Assembly: GCA_951406725.2 (NCBI GenBank)
Contig: OX597814.1
Coordinates: 161,386,001-161,450,000 of the forward strand
DNA: 64,000 bases
Reading direction: 5' to 3'
Origin: Octopus vulgaris
Lineage: Eukaryota
Made by a program: the position numbers and the translations under genes. How positions within the stretch are numbered: the first letter of the stretch is position 1; the number at the start of each line of letters is the position of its first letter. A model generated the notes under the pieces. The model was not told the DNA's origin. It made no database searches and was given only the letters and a program-made list of their open reading frames with translations. Positions 50,490-63,745 of this stretch are shown here, piece by piece.

Positions 50490-51210
50490 TTGTATCATCA
50501 ATGTCCACTTTTTTGTGTGGCATAGTTTAGGTGTTTCTGCTGTACTGTTGCATATTGTCACTTCTCTTGGTCTTTTGTTGCTTTATTTGTGGACTCAGCA
50601 ATTTTTAGATCTGATTTCATTACTTGTGATAGTTTTCTTTTCTATAAGTGTCTTCTACCAACTGCAAATAACAATTTTTTACCCAGAACTTATTGTCCTT
50701 TTACATGCCAATGCCATTACAGGCAAATGATGCCTTCAATACTCAGTCCCTCTCAACTCAATTGTTTTCTGCTTTTATACAATGGACCATACCTACTTCA
50801 TTACTTTCCAGCTTCCATATATCTTTAGAGTTCATTGCTCATATCTGCTTACCATGTTGCATCACAATATTTAAATCTGCTCCATACAGTACGTATTCTT
50901 ACATAGAAAATTAATCCCTTTTTTGGTCATCAGAAACACTAACTCCCTGCACCTTTGTACCTCTTCCTTATTGTAGTTACTAAGGTCTGTTTTTTTTGCT
51001 GCAATTCCTAACACTAATTAGATTACCTAACCTATAGAAAGTATCACCTAGATCTGTTGAACTGTCTAGGCTGTTGATAGACTTCCTTTCATAATTGGTT
51101 TTATCATTAACTACACCTGCACAATTAGAGCATGTGAACTCTGATTTCTTTCTGAGTATACCAAAGATCCCACTGCAATTTTGTTTGCCTATTGATTTCA
51201 CTGAGTACAC
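50490..51210 (-). mobile_element. Degenerate RTE-clade LINE fragment
   Basis: CSGIFGIL...FTCSNCAG...TFYRLGNLISV remnant and a degenerate tail at ~50495. Confidence 0.6.
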
Positions 51211-51629
51211 AGTAGTAAATGCCTATCTTCTCTGTTTTCTAATGTATTCTTGAGAAGACAAGTTATCAGTAAATCATTTCTGTCTCACTCTCTGATTAAA
51301 TAAGTTAATGTAATAGTTCTAAATGATCTTAACAATGGAAGATGATAATATTAGTTAATAACGACTTAAAGAAAATGTTGAAGAAAATATTGTACTTGCT
51401 AGTCTTTGACATAACTAGTACTGTTCACTTTTATTATACATTCCTTATGTATGATAACTATCTGTATCAGGTATCTGATCTAGCCTTGAGTCAAAGAGGG
51501 AGCATCTTATCTGCTTAGGAAATAGCAGCCAGATTTCTTGCAGATTGCACCATACTGTCTTGAATAAAAAGAACTCATTGGATAATGTTGTTCTAGATAC
51601 ACTGTGTTGGGAAAAAAAAATCAACAATA

Positions 51630-53209
51630 GGTACAGGAGTGGCTTTGTGATAAGCCTGCTTCCCAACCACATGGTTCCAGGCTCAGTCTCACTGTGTGGC
51701 ACATTGGGCAAGTATCTTCTACTATTGCCTTAGGCCAACCAAAGCCTTGTGAGTGAATTTGGTGGACAGAAACTGAAAGGAGCCTGTCGTATATATATCT
51801 CTTATTATAAAAGGCAGATTTTATCTGCCTCCCTTTGGGAGTTATACAAATCTACAATATAGGATTTCTTCAATTACAATTTACCTAGCAGTTTTAAGAG
51901 TACAATGCATCGTGTCATGCCAGGTCCAGTTTTTAAAATTTAAACTCCAATTAAGCAAAATTTACAGAAAACTCACATTCTGGTGTGTGTGTCAAATGCT
52001 TTTCTTAGTCTGGTTTACACCACATGCAAACGCACACACACAGTGGGCAACGAATAAAATGAAAGTAAATGTAATATTTGTTTCTGTCTATCACGCTGAT
52101 AGATACATGAGTAAAATGTATGGGAAGCTAACAGATAACAGTGAGTGAAAATGTTCTTGGAAGAGAGTAAATTAGCGACAGTGATTTGAGGAAGACTAAA
52201 CTGAAACTATGAAACAGTGTTTATGTATAAACAGACGACACTTATATAAACCCTTTCATTACAAAACCGCCTGAATTTACCTATTCATATTTAAATGAGA
52301 ATATCAGAGTAAATCTCTTTAGTACATTCGTGAAAACACGTATTATACTTCGTAAACACTTCAAATACAGTTTTGTACAAAAATCGAAGTGTAATTTTAA
52401 TTCCGTGAATTATGGGAGATTTTTTTCCGAAATTTGTTCCTATTGTGTTTTCAAAATTTGTAATTCTGACAAAAAATGGATACGAATTTCATTATATCAA
52501 GCAGCGAGTCAGAATTCGAAGGATTTTCTACTGAAGACCTTCATAAATCTAACTCTATGACTGAAAAAAAAAAGCATCTTTATATAAGAGTGAAGTTGTA
52601 TGTCTGTCCCCTTCGATTTACATTCGTAATTACTCCCACATTTTGCAGTGCAGTTTAACCAAAAGCGGGTATCTTATAGTCGTGATTCATATCGAGCCCT
52701 TCTGGGTATTAGCGCGTCTACGATGAGTCTACGATTTAAAAAAATTTACCATCATATTTTTCCATTTTAATGCATTTTTTTCGCTTTTATATAAGGGAAG
52801 TAACTCTCTAAAAATATCTACGATGTGTCAACGATTTAAAAAAAATTTACCTTAATTTTTTTTCAATTTTTAATGCATTTTTTTTTGCTATTTTTTGGCT
52901 ATAACTCTCTAAAAATGCTTATATAGTTATTTCCCTTACAACCCGAGCAACGCCGGGCGATACTGCTAGTATATATATATATATATGTATGTATGTATTT
53001 GTGTGTCTGTGTTTGTCCCTCCACCATCGCTTGACAACCAATGTTGGTGTGTTTACATCCCTGTAACTTAGCAGTTTGGCAAAAGAGACTGATAGAATAA
53101 GTACTGAGCTTACAAAGAATAAGTCCTGGGGTTGATTTGTTCGACTAAAGGCGGTGCTCTGGCATGGCTGCAATAAAACAACTGAAACACCTAAAAAAAA
53201 TAAAAGAAT
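51630..53209 (+). mobile_element. SINE family A split by a Helitron (halves 51630-51797 and 52970-53209)
   Basis: The two halves join into a complete copy matching 10775-11193. Confidence 0.88.
51798..52969 (+). mobile_element. Non-autonomous composite Helitron (1172 bp)
   Basis: A|TCTCTTATTATAAAAGG ... CCCGAGCAACGCCGGG CGATACTG CTAG|T. A second TC start lies at 52577. Confidence 0.87.
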
Positions 53210-53307
53210 AATGACATCATCTATGTTTTTCTCCTATTTATTTTAGTAGATGACTCATTAATAACTATGGTAGTTTTAAATCATGGAAAATCATTTTTAA
53301 TTTGTAG

Positions 53308-53441
53308 CAATCCACTTGAAGTTGGTTTACCTGCCAATATTTCCTTGAATATTACTCAATTTGAGGAGGGTTCAGAAACTTCAGAATTTTGGACAATTTT
53401 ATCTGGAAATGACAGGAGGCAATACATGTCACTTTTAAATG
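53308..53441 (+). CDS. SVIL: Supervillin exon 18
   Basis: tttgtag|...G|gtaagt, phase 2-1, PLEVGL...EEGSETSEFWTIL. Confidence 0.93.
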
Positions 53442-53671
53442 GTAAGTCTTAAAATTCTTTTCTTTCATGAAAATTCTTATTCTTCTATATTTTTGTGTAA
53501 AATACTTTTAAGGGTCTTTGAAATTTACATTCTGGCTATGCATAATCTAAAAATAAAACATTTTATTTATAATTTTAAGATTGTTCTAATTTTCTAATTC
53601 TATTTGTTCAGTGCTCAAGTTTTGTGAGAATATTTCTCTGATAAAAAATCATTTTCATCTTATGATTTCAG

Positions 53672-53830
53672 ATCACCTGTATTCCTACGATTGGTCAATA
53701 AGGCTATTTGAATTTAATAGTGTTCCTGGTGTTATTGATGTAACTGAAGTGAAGAATCCATCTTGTGTTGATGAAACATTCACACCATATCCATTCTTGC
53801 AATCAGACCTCTATAATGCTACTCAACCTG
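53672..53830 (+). CDS. SVIL: Supervillin exon 19
   Basis: tttcag|...G|gtaggc, phase 1-1, RLFEF...PYPFLQSDLYNATQP. Confidence 0.94.
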
Positions 53831-54242
53831 GTAGGCTCTGTTTAATATATCCATTTTAAGTAAATGTAGTAAATGAATATTTTTTTTAGTTGCTCACTTG
53901 TATTTCTTTCTTGCAATTCACTTTCATTAATCTTATTCATGTTTTTCTTCAAAATATTTTAATCTGTTTATTTACTAATTTGTTGTCACCATATTTTTGG
54001 TCTTTAAACAATGTCAAACATCGAAATTTCACTCATCAATAATTCAGTTTAAATAGATATGTATTAAAATTAGATCTTCTGATGTACTTGTACAAAGCTG
54101 TTAAGTAGAAATAAAACAGGAAGGTAGTTGCTAATTTGAAGATGAAGTATTTTAGATTGTTTTGCTTCTGCCCAATTTGAAAATTCCATGCTTGATGTAA
54201 CACATCAATTTAAATATTTATTTGAAATTCATTTAATTGCAG

Positions 54243-54401
54243 CCTTGTTTTTGCTGGACAATAACTATGAAGTATTTGTGTGGCAAGGTTGGTGGCCCCA
54301 GGGAGATGAAGATATAGAAAATGTACATACAGGATCAGCACAATCTCGTTTTGTTGTAGAAAAGCGCTGTATTCTACAGACAGCACTTGACTATTGTAAA
54401 G
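54243..54401 (+). CDS. SVIL: Supervillin exon 20
   Basis: ttgcag|...G|gttagt, phase 1-1, ALFLLDNNYEVFVWQGWWP...TGSA. Confidence 0.96.
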
Positions 54402-54534
54402 GTTAGTAATACTCTCTTCTGCTTGTATAAAATCACATACATGGCTTTATTCTTCATTAGTCCTTTAAGCCCTCACACAAAACCAAACTGCATCTTATTT
54501 AGGCTGATGCTTTTCCTAATTAATTTGCTGGAGG

Positions 54535-55325
54535 ATCCTTAGAAGTAATAGATAGTTTCTGTTATCTAGGTGACCTAATTAATAGTGGAAGAATATACTC
54601 TGAAAGTATAGCTGCTACAATAAGAACTTGTTGGAGAAAGTTCAGAGAGCCATCACCTCTGTTAATTATAATAGGCCCTCTCTCAGACTGAAAGGCCGAG
54701 TATAACAATGTAACATGGAAGTGAAACTTGGACCATGAATATAGAGGACATGAAAACTGTAAAGAAATGAAACAAGCATGCTACACTGGATGTGCAGTTC
54801 AGTGTACATGAACGACCAAATGCAAATGTGTTGAGAGAAAAGTCAAGTGTAAGAGGCATCAGATGTTGTGTGGTTCTGATCATGTGATGTGTATCCACAT
54901 CTCTCTTGTATTCACCTTCTTGTACCTTGAGGGTACATCTCACTCTTGAGGGTGATGTCTTGTTACCACTATCTTTTCTCTTTTTTCCAACTGGGAGCAA
55001 TATATCTCCTTACAGCAAGACATTTGTTCCTGTCCCTCTATCTTACTTCAGTCTCTCATCACCTGGCATAAAACCACCACCACTCAGTTAAAGAGGCCTT
55101 GACTTGTGGGCTTCTTAAGTAACTTCACTAGAACTGATGTTATGAAAAATGCACCCAGTATACTCTGTAGAGTGGTTAGATTTAGGAAGGGCAAACAGCT
55201 GAAGAAACCATGCCAAAGCAGGTACCGGATCTTGTTATAGTCCTCTAGTTTGTTGGATCCATTTGAATCATCCAACCCATGCCAGCATAGAAGGGAGATG
55301 TTGAACAATGATGATGATGATGATA
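54535..55325 (+). mobile_element. RTE-clade LINE 3' fragment
   Basis: LEVIDSFCYLGDLINSGRIYSESIAATIRTCWRKFRE remnant, (GAT)n tail. Confidence 0.78.
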
Positions 55326-57078
55326 TTACTTTCTGCCTGTAGATGTTTCTAAATGAAATTCACAGCAGGACTTTTCAAACTATCTTTCTACTATCCTTAC
55401 TATATTCTTTTCTCTTAAACTTTTAACAGTTCTCATTTCATATGTAATTGAGTTTGTGATTCTTTATCCCACTTTCAGACCAGAATAAAGTCTGTCTGTG
55501 TTTCTATCCCAACCAGCCTACTGCAATTATGCACATGCTTGGCAAACAATTAACCTATTTTATGTGTTTTAGAAACTATGAAACATCACTTTATAATTGG
55601 TTATCTTTACTCCTTAGTGTTTTTTTGTTTGGTTCTTTTTTTTTTTTTTTTTTTATCTCAGTCACCATTTATAATTTCTACATATTTCCATTTCTCTTCT
55701 TACATTCTCCTTCAGAATTCACATTACTCACTTTATTTTCCCCCTCTTCATGTGTTATTTTTTTTTCTTGATTTCAATAATATATAGTAAAACAAGCATC
55801 ATTATACAACTAGCAATTTAATCAAGTGAAATATGTTAGTGCAATGTACTAATTCTAAGTCAATCATTTTTATGGATAAAGTTCAACACTACAGCCATAT
55901 CTACTTTTTAATTTTAATTATAGGACATTAGAGACTAGTGGGAGAAAAAGTGGATTAAGCTACAACTTATGGGCTTTTCTCAAGCCAAAAGCCTGGTCTT
56001 AACACTTGGAACCAAGTGCTGTTAAAGATGCCCAAAAGTTTGATGAAGATGTTTAATTGGGTGACAGATTAAGTTGTAGTCTTTAAATTAATTTCTGACA
56101 TCATTGTTAAAGTACTTTCTGTATGCAAATGATTTCTGTTTTGGCGGAATGATTAGGTCTTATCAGTTTCTTTGTCAACAACTAAGGAAGTGACATTCAA
56201 CTACAGTTTTTTTCCTTCAGTCTTCCCTCCTAATAGTTGGCCAGTTCAAGAAACTAATGCTTGCTTAGCGGTCTTGAAGAGATTTCAAGTTATGTACAAA
56301 AATCTTTGTGCAGGCATTGGTGTATGCAGTTTCTTTATTTCTGTGATACTTGGCTCATACAAATTTAGGATCTCTGTTATCTGGAGTTATTTGCAAACTG
56401 GTTTCTGAGAAGAACATTTTGTTTGCTTTAATGACCTGCTGTGAGTGTTATATATCTTCATCTGTACTGATGTTGATAGCACTGAAGATACGGTTGTAAA
56501 ATATCAAAATATTAAGTACTGTTCCAAGTGTTTGGTTTTCTCAAGGAATACATATTGCCTTTACTTTGAGTCTGATCTGGTTAGCAACAGATGTGATATG
56601 TGGTAATTGTTTGGGATAATGCTGGATCACAAGTTCATGCAAAGAAGCCCTGCCACAGAGTAGAAAAGGAATGTAATTCTGTTTAACATCTACTTTATAG
56701 TTGAATTGTTGCAACTAGAATTGTCACTTTGCAGTATGATTACTTGCTCTAACAATTCTTTGTGGCTGTTGTCATAGAATGGATACAAACTTCTATTGAA
56801 TTGATACAGTAACCTAGTTTTAATTCCGAGTTGGAACATGCACTGCAATTCTCTAAATGTCTATGGAATACATATGGCATTATATCTTGATATTTTCTGT
56901 CTTGGGATAATCTCAGGTTATATGACAGATTACACTAAATACGGAGATACTTATCTGTTTAACATTACAGGAAATTAAAGTTGATCATTGACTATAAAGA
57001 ACTTGAAATTCACAAAAATATTAGCTATCTAAAAATCATGTTATATGTTAAGAAGTAATATATACTTTATTATTGCAG

Positions 57079-57200
57079 CAAAAGAAACCACAACACCCAT
57101 CAAAGCCTATCTAGTTTTTGCTGGACTAGAACCTATGAAATTTACAAATCTGTTCCCATTCTGGAATGTTGATGAAATAGTTCAAGAACTTTCTCTCAAG
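57079..57200 (+). CDS. SVIL: Supervillin exon 21
   Basis: ttgcag|...AAG|gttagt, phase 1-0, AYLVFAGLEPMKFTNLFPFW. Confidence 0.95.
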
Positions 57201-57323
57201 GTTAGTAACATATAAACTACACTTATGCTTCCATCTATAATATATATATAAACACAGTTTTATTTTCCTGTTTATTACAGAACTCCTTTACTAGCTTTTT
57301 TTATAATTCTTTTTACTTATTAG

Positions 57324-57479
57324 GATGGAAAAGCAGAAAATAGCCTCATAGATGTGAGAGAAGAACTGACACGATTAAGCTTGATACAATATCCTTTGAA
57401 AGAATTATTAGAAAGACCATTGCCAATAGAAGTGGACCCCCTAAAACTTGAGTCATATTTATGTGATGAAGAATTTGAG
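57324..57479 (+). CDS. SVIL: Supervillin exon 22 (headpiece N-terminal part)
   Basis: attag|...GAG|gtaagt, phase 0-0, YPLKELLERPLPIEVDPLKLESYLCDEEFE. Confidence 0.96.
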
Positions 57480-59289
57480 GTAAGTATCAATTATTGTCAG
57501 CAGTGCTATTTTTACAATAGAGAAACATACACATCACCTGGTTGTTAAGATATGTCTTTCTAATAGTTTATAAAATATTTTCTTTTGTATGGCTTAATCA
57601 TTTTGAAGCTAAGCTACCTGCCCCTCCTTAACTTGTAAGGAAAAGAAGAAAGAGTCCTTGTTTAAATGCTTGCAGCAGAGTGGAGTCTGCTAAAGCCACC
57701 CAAGGGGATTGACTGACATTAATTTTATAATAAATCCAGTGCAGACATCTCCCTATGTTATGGAAATGTTGCTTTGATATGAAATTTCATAATATGAAGC
57801 CTATCTGCCTTTGACTTCCATGTTACATTGAAGTCAATGGAAAATACATTTTGTATTACAACAAAATTTTCAAGGTCTTAACAGTTCCTTAGCACAGGGG
57901 GCATCTGTATTTGTGTATTATAATCGTAAGTTTTTGAAGGAGGAAGGATGGTTTTCAGAATTGATGGTTTTGGACTAAATGTATGTATTTATTTACATTC
58001 TGTTATAAAGTATAGCAAGAGGTAAGGCAAAAGAGTGATAATTGGTCATGAGTATAAACGTGAAGTGGTACAATAATTCCTCTGGTTTGTTGTGCCTGTT
58101 AAGTAAGGTGAAGGTACCATTAGTCTTTTTGCACCCCTTGAACTGAGATCATTCTACATCACAGTTCTTATGTTCAAACCTCAAATCCAGTTGGGTTGAT
58201 TTTGTTTTCCATCCTTGCAAGATTGCTAAAATAAAATACCAGTTAGAACAGGAGGCAGGAGTGCCTTCTCTATAAGAGGAAAAGGGAGAATTTGTTGAAA
58301 TTCGTGTTTATGAGAGATCACTGCAATGTGTGACATAAAGAAGTTTCCTATAGCTTTGAGTTTATAAATATCAAAAAGGAGAGATATAGAAGGACTAACG
58401 CTTCTGTGAGAGTGAATTGCAAAAATAGGTACTTACTCAAGAGCATAGATTGAAAGTGATGAAAAAAATTGCACTATGACTATCCATCTTGATTGGGGTG
58501 GTTGGAGGAGTTACTGCACTTGGTTGCTGTATGTGATAGTGTGATTGGTTGAACACTTGAAAGGAGTTGTGCATGTGTGTGTTGCATTGTGCAACTAAAA
58601 GAAAAATGAGTAGTTTAAGTAGTAGCTTTATCTGTAGGACTACTACTTAAAGGGCCATCTTGTGAAGATTCAATTCAAAAATAAAAGAATAATGGTAAAT
58701 AAGAAGCCTGTTTTCTTCATTTATTGTGATGTAAATTAAGGAATCTTTCATAATTATTCATGGTGCTATTACCATTTTTTTTAGTAATAGTTTATAAAAA
58801 GCCAATAACTCTACAGTATTAAAATAATAAGTTGAGAAACAAATTTATAGTATAGGTTTATTAAGCATTAATGCTTTGAGTTAAAGAAGCAATTTGTCAT
58901 ATATGCAGGATCTCTTATTTGTGTGTGTGTGTGTGTCATCATCAACTTGCTGGGGTTAGATTTTCTATTCCATATAATGCACACACCACCGCCTTCTTGT
59001 AGTTTCTATCAATATGTTGACAATGAATTATAACTTCAAAAACAAACTTCTTAACTATATATATATGTATATATATATGTATATATATATATATAAAAAT
59101 GTGTGCATTTGTTTTTTTTAAAGATTTTTTTCAGTAATTAAATTAAAATTTTTTATTTTGCAAGTATCACTGAGAAAAATAAAGTTTGTATGGATTTACT
59201 GCAAGATAATTTATTGCTTTTTTCTTTGTAATTTTGTTGAAATAATTTTATTATTTTCTAATTATTACTGTATTCTTTTCAATTTTCAG

Positions 59290-59376
59290 GAGATTCTGAA
59301 TATGACAAAAGCAGAGTATTATGCATTGCCTGCTTGGAAGCAGTCAAAGTTGAAACAAGATATAGGCCTATTTTGA
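59290..59376 (+). CDS. SVIL: Supervillin exon 23, terminal coding exon (headpiece C-terminus)
   Basis: ttttcag| EILNMTKAEYYALPAWKQSKLKQDIGLF-TGA. Confidence 0.96.
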   Translation, partial: EILNMTKAEYYALPAWKQSKLKQDIGLF

Positions 59377-59924
59377 TACAAAAAAATGCAAAAAAAAAAG
59401 TTTTTTTTATTAATATATAAGCAAAATTATTATCAAGTATTGATGAGCTGGTTTCCGCTTATTGATATCTTAATAATGTGCAAGTGTTGTTGCAGTAAGC
59501 TACACACTTTTCTATGTGTGTAGATATTGCTACACAAAGTTGTACACTAGTTTGTGAGGGACTAAATGAGGAAAAATGCAAAAGAAAAAATCTGCCCTCA
59601 GAATTTGCATGACTTGTAAGGAAATTTCATGAGAATGCAAAACATGTTGCTGCTACTGAGCAGAAACACTGTTTTAAAATTCAGTGAACTGAATGTTCTC
59701 GTGAAAAAGTCAAGCTTTTCAGCATGAGGGCCAACTCCACTTTTCCTGGTTCCTGTTACACAAGCTGTACTCATAGGATTTGCATAGGATATTTTTGAAT
59801 ATCTATATTGGCTTTAAGTTTGCCATATGTAGGCAGCAGGTCTGCATATTTGCAAGAGATACTACATTGATATTCGCTCAGATTGGGCTCTTTTAATTCC
59901 ATTTTAGCATCCATTTTGGCTGCT

Positions 59925-60177
59925 ATTATATATATGTGTATATATATATATATATATGCATATTTATATATACACACCTTATACATTAACACACACACAC
60001 ACAATATATTTATATGTATATATAAATACATTATTTGAGTGTATATGTGTATATTATGAATATGTGTACATACACACGCTCTCTTACATAAATATGTTTA
60101 TATATATGTATATATCATATTTATGTTATGAAATATAATATATATATATAAACACATATATATATTTATGATGTGTA

Positions 60178-60212
<35 letters not shown>

Positions 60213-60320
60213 ATACACATAAATATATTATATAGAATATATACCATAGATATATTATAAATGTTATATATATATCACATATTTATATATATATATATAT
60301 ACATTATATATTATATTTTC
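59925..60320. repeat. Degenerate (TA)n-rich low-complexity tract in the putative 3' UTR
   Basis: Seen directly. Confidence 0.85.
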
Positions 60321-60531
60321 ATTAGAAATATATTATATTCATTACACATATACACCCTTTACAAACACCTAAAAAAAAGCATAAAACAAAAATAAAAAAA
60401 AACATGGAAATATTCACATCAGTCCATATATACCAACAATGAAGGTCTTTGTCATTGTGTATATATATATATATTTCTGATAACAAATGACAAGGTTGAA
60501 GGCTGAACATGACAACTTTCTCTTACTTAAT

Positions 60532-60778
60532 CAGTGGTAGACGAAGTAGTCTAGGAGCCTTAGGCACAATTTTTCTATGGTGCTTCTATGCTACGAAAGT
60601 AACATTTAAATTTGTGGGATGCTTGGCCCTAAAGAATAAATTATTACTGTAATATAATTTATTATCTAAACAAAATTATTTCTTTTTATGCAATGTCTTG
60701 TCATTTTATTTTTACTTAATACAACACTCTGGGGCCTTGGGCCTGTGCTTAATGTGCCTATTGAGTAATTTGCCACTG
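60532..60778. mobile_element. Possible hAT-type MITE
   Basis: Ends cagtggtaga / tttgccactg, subterminal ggggcc motifs. No clear TSD. Confidence 0.4.
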
Positions 60779-61948
60779 CTTACACCAATGCTCTGACCCC
60801 TTGTGGGGGTTTATCTGTCTATATAACATTTATGGCAGGAAAGTATATACTGTCTGCAACCATCAAATTAATTATACATGCTATAACTTTTAGAACTGAA
60901 CAACAACAAAATAAAAGTGATACAAAATTAATCTCTTCGAAAAATTATTGTTATGTGTATTTATTTTGTTATAACCCCTGAATTTCTTGAACTATATTAC
61001 TTTAAATATTAATGGCACTAAGCTAAAGTTAATTCTGCAATATCAACGTGCTATTTTAAAGTATTAGGGAAAGAGATACTTCAGTGTCCAGGATGAGATC
61101 TCTTCAAATGGTTCTAATTTTCTCAAATATTTTTTTGCATTGTTATTTTAAACAATGTGTTAAAGAGATAGAAAGTTGTGTTGTAGTTTCATTTAATTTG
61201 TGATATTATTCTTTTTTGAGATTTAGATTTTATCAAAAAATGGAATGAAAAAAAAAATCATAGTTCTTATTTATTTATCTTTTAAGTTTTAAAACTAATT
61301 TTTATTTAGATCTTATATATTCCAGTATTGCTAGACACAGTTTTTGTATGTTTGAATGCGTATGCTGTATTTGTATGACATGCATACACCGTTCAAAAAA
61401 CAATTCGAATATAATAATCAAGATGAAAGAGAACTTACTTAAAATATTTTACAACTGTATGTTTGTTGTCCTATAGTAGTCTCCCCCCAAGTATAAAGGT
61501 TTAAGTGTTTGTAACACTATATTTATGTCTCCTTTTCTCTTGTATAGAGGTTTTTACTTCTTGGTGCTACTTATCTAGGATAAAGAAGAGAGCCAAAGAT
61601 TATCTCCCCTGATATATACGTAAATGTATGCTTGAAATGGCGTTCACAATGAATGAGTAAAAAAAAAAATGAATTAGTTCTTTACAATAAACTTTTATAT
61701 CACACAATTTATTCCAAGAGAAAAATGAACTGGGACAATTTCTTCTCTTATTTCGAATTTCCTAAATCGGAAAATATGAAATATTGAAAGCTGCAACATT
61801 TCGGGTATATTGTAATAGTGGGAGTGGAGTGAATACGTTTTCTTCAGCCTGTCTTTAGGTTTGCTATAAGTGTATGTGCAATTGTTTGACTGTACTTATA
61901 ACAATTTGTTCAACTACATTTTTTTTCAGTCCTCTGTAAATTACCTTC

Positions 61949-61954
61949 AATAAA
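61949..61954 (+). terminator. Candidate distal poly(A) signal of supervillin
   Basis: AATAAA followed by a T/GT-rich tract, and dense repeats resume just downstream. An alternative AATAAA lies at 61686. Confidence 0.4.
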
Positions 61955-62013
61955 TTATTTACTTTTTGTTCTACTTCGTTGTTGTTATTATTATTATTAT
62001 TTACATGTTACCA

Positions 62014-62228
62014 GGTAGCATGCTGGCAGAAGCATTAGCACATCACAAAATACTTAGCATCTTTTGTGAACTCTATGTTCTGAGTTCAAATTCTGTTTGG
62101 GTTGAGTTTACCTTTCATCCTTTTGCGGGGTCAATAAAATACAATACAATTCAAATAGTCAAGTACTGGGATTGATATAATTGACTTCCCTCAAAATTGC
62201 TGACCTTGTGCCAAAATTTGAAACAGCA
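62014..62228 (+). mobile_element. SINE family B
   Basis: Collinear with 37773-37990. Confidence 0.8.
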
Positions 62229-62279
62229 TTGCCAGCCCAAATAGTGAAGACAGGCAATAAATATACACCAAGGTACAAA

Positions 62280-62720
62280 TGCTGAAATCTCATGCAAAAT
62301 AGTGGATGGAAGTCATTTGCCACAATCTGAGATGTGTTCAAAACAGCTGGACAAGAGTTTGCCTGCTAATCTCTTCAATAGCCTCATCTAGTCCATGGCT
62401 CTTGTAAGCGAATGAGATATGGGACTATGATGAAGAGAGAACAACACAGAGGGCCATGGAAAGATATGCTGAGAGTGTTATAGCAGAAGCATACTTGAAA
62501 GAAGGGAATTAAGAACATAGTGAAGTGAGCCATGTGATTGCAGAATACTGAATATCCAACATAAAGCTGACCATGGGTGAAGCAGGGCTCTTCAAAGTGT
62601 AACTAGCAACCTAAATGTTTGCCCTTGCGATTTGTTGATGGTCATGGCAAAACTAAGACTCACTGGAAATTGAAGTCAATTGAAATGAGACACCATCTCC
62701 TGAGTTTGTGTGATGGATGT
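62280..62720 (+). mobile_element. Degenerate RTE-1-like LINE fragment
   Basis: Peptide remnant TTQRAMERY, characteristic of RTE-1-type C-terminal regions. Confidence 0.5.
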
Positions 62721-63449
62721 TCTTGTGCGCTTATCATCTAATTGATGCATCCTATGTTTAGGTGTCTCCAGAGACCATGTGACGGAGGCTCCTGTTTGCA
62801 TATCATTAAGTCTGTTCCTGTTCTAGTATCTCCTGAGCTCATTGCTGATGCTTTGTGAGGGTCTTTTGACTGTTGGCATAATGAAATTCGTTACACATAC
62901 ACACACACACACATACACTCAGTATGAGAGATATACATTTATAGAGAAAGATTAAGATAGAAAATGCTAAAGTAATTTTATAAAAAACATTTCAGTACTG
63001 GTTTCAGTCATTGAAACTTTTTCAACAGTAAGTATGGAAGACAATTAAATTTTGGAAAAATGATAAGAAAAGTTTTTTTTAAAAGAATATTTGCATAGTG
63101 TTCTCTCTCTCTCTATATATATATATAGAGAGAGGAATAGCATAAAAGGCAGATGGACAGATAGGTAAATTATATATTTTGATTACGAATAACTAAAAAC
63201 CTTTTCTTTGGGATGAGATTTTGGAAATCAGATCCGTTTTTCTATAGGAAGTACTATTTCAGAGCCTTTAGGTGATATATATATGTATATATATATATAA
63301 CAGATTCAGCTCTAACACCTGCATTGGCCTAGTTTTTTACAGTTGGATGTCCTTCCTAATACCAACCATTTTACAGAGTGTATCAGATGGCACCAACACA
63401 ATATATGAAATAACAAATATATATATCATTCTTTCCTTTTATTGGGTTA

Positions 63450-63745
63450 CAGTTGAACAAATCAACCCAGGTACTTCTTTTTAAATCTGATACTTATTCT
63501 ATCAGTTTCTTTTGCTGTTACAAGAATGTAAACAAACCATCACTGGTTGTCAAGTGGTGTCAGGGACAAACACACACATGCACGATAAGTTTCTACATAA
63601 TTTCCATCTTTCTAAATTCTCTCACAAGGCATTGGTCAGCCCAGGGCTATAGAAAACACTCGCCTAATGAGCAACACAGTAAGACTACCTAAAATTACAT
63701 GGTTGCAAAGTGAGCTTCTTAATTACACAGCTGTGTCTTGTGCAG
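63450..63745 (-). mobile_element. Degenerate SINE family A
   Basis: tacttattctatcagtttct...caaggcattggtcagcccagggctatag. Confidence 0.65.

Larger units (their letters stand above)
2797..59376 (+). other. SVIL: Supervillin-like gene, whole coding span (23 coding exons, ~1282 aa; may be 5'-incomplete)
   Basis: Exons with GT-AG boundaries join in consistent phase into one open frame (3849 nt from ATG 2797 including stop). It contains supervillin signature motifs, gelsolin-like repeats and a C-terminal villin headpiece (LPAWKQ...GLF-stop). Confidence 0.95.

Noticed and set aside
56000-56950. Possible Penelope GIY-YIG remnant on the minus strand
   Set aside because: No catalytic motif was recoverable and the similarity is too weak.
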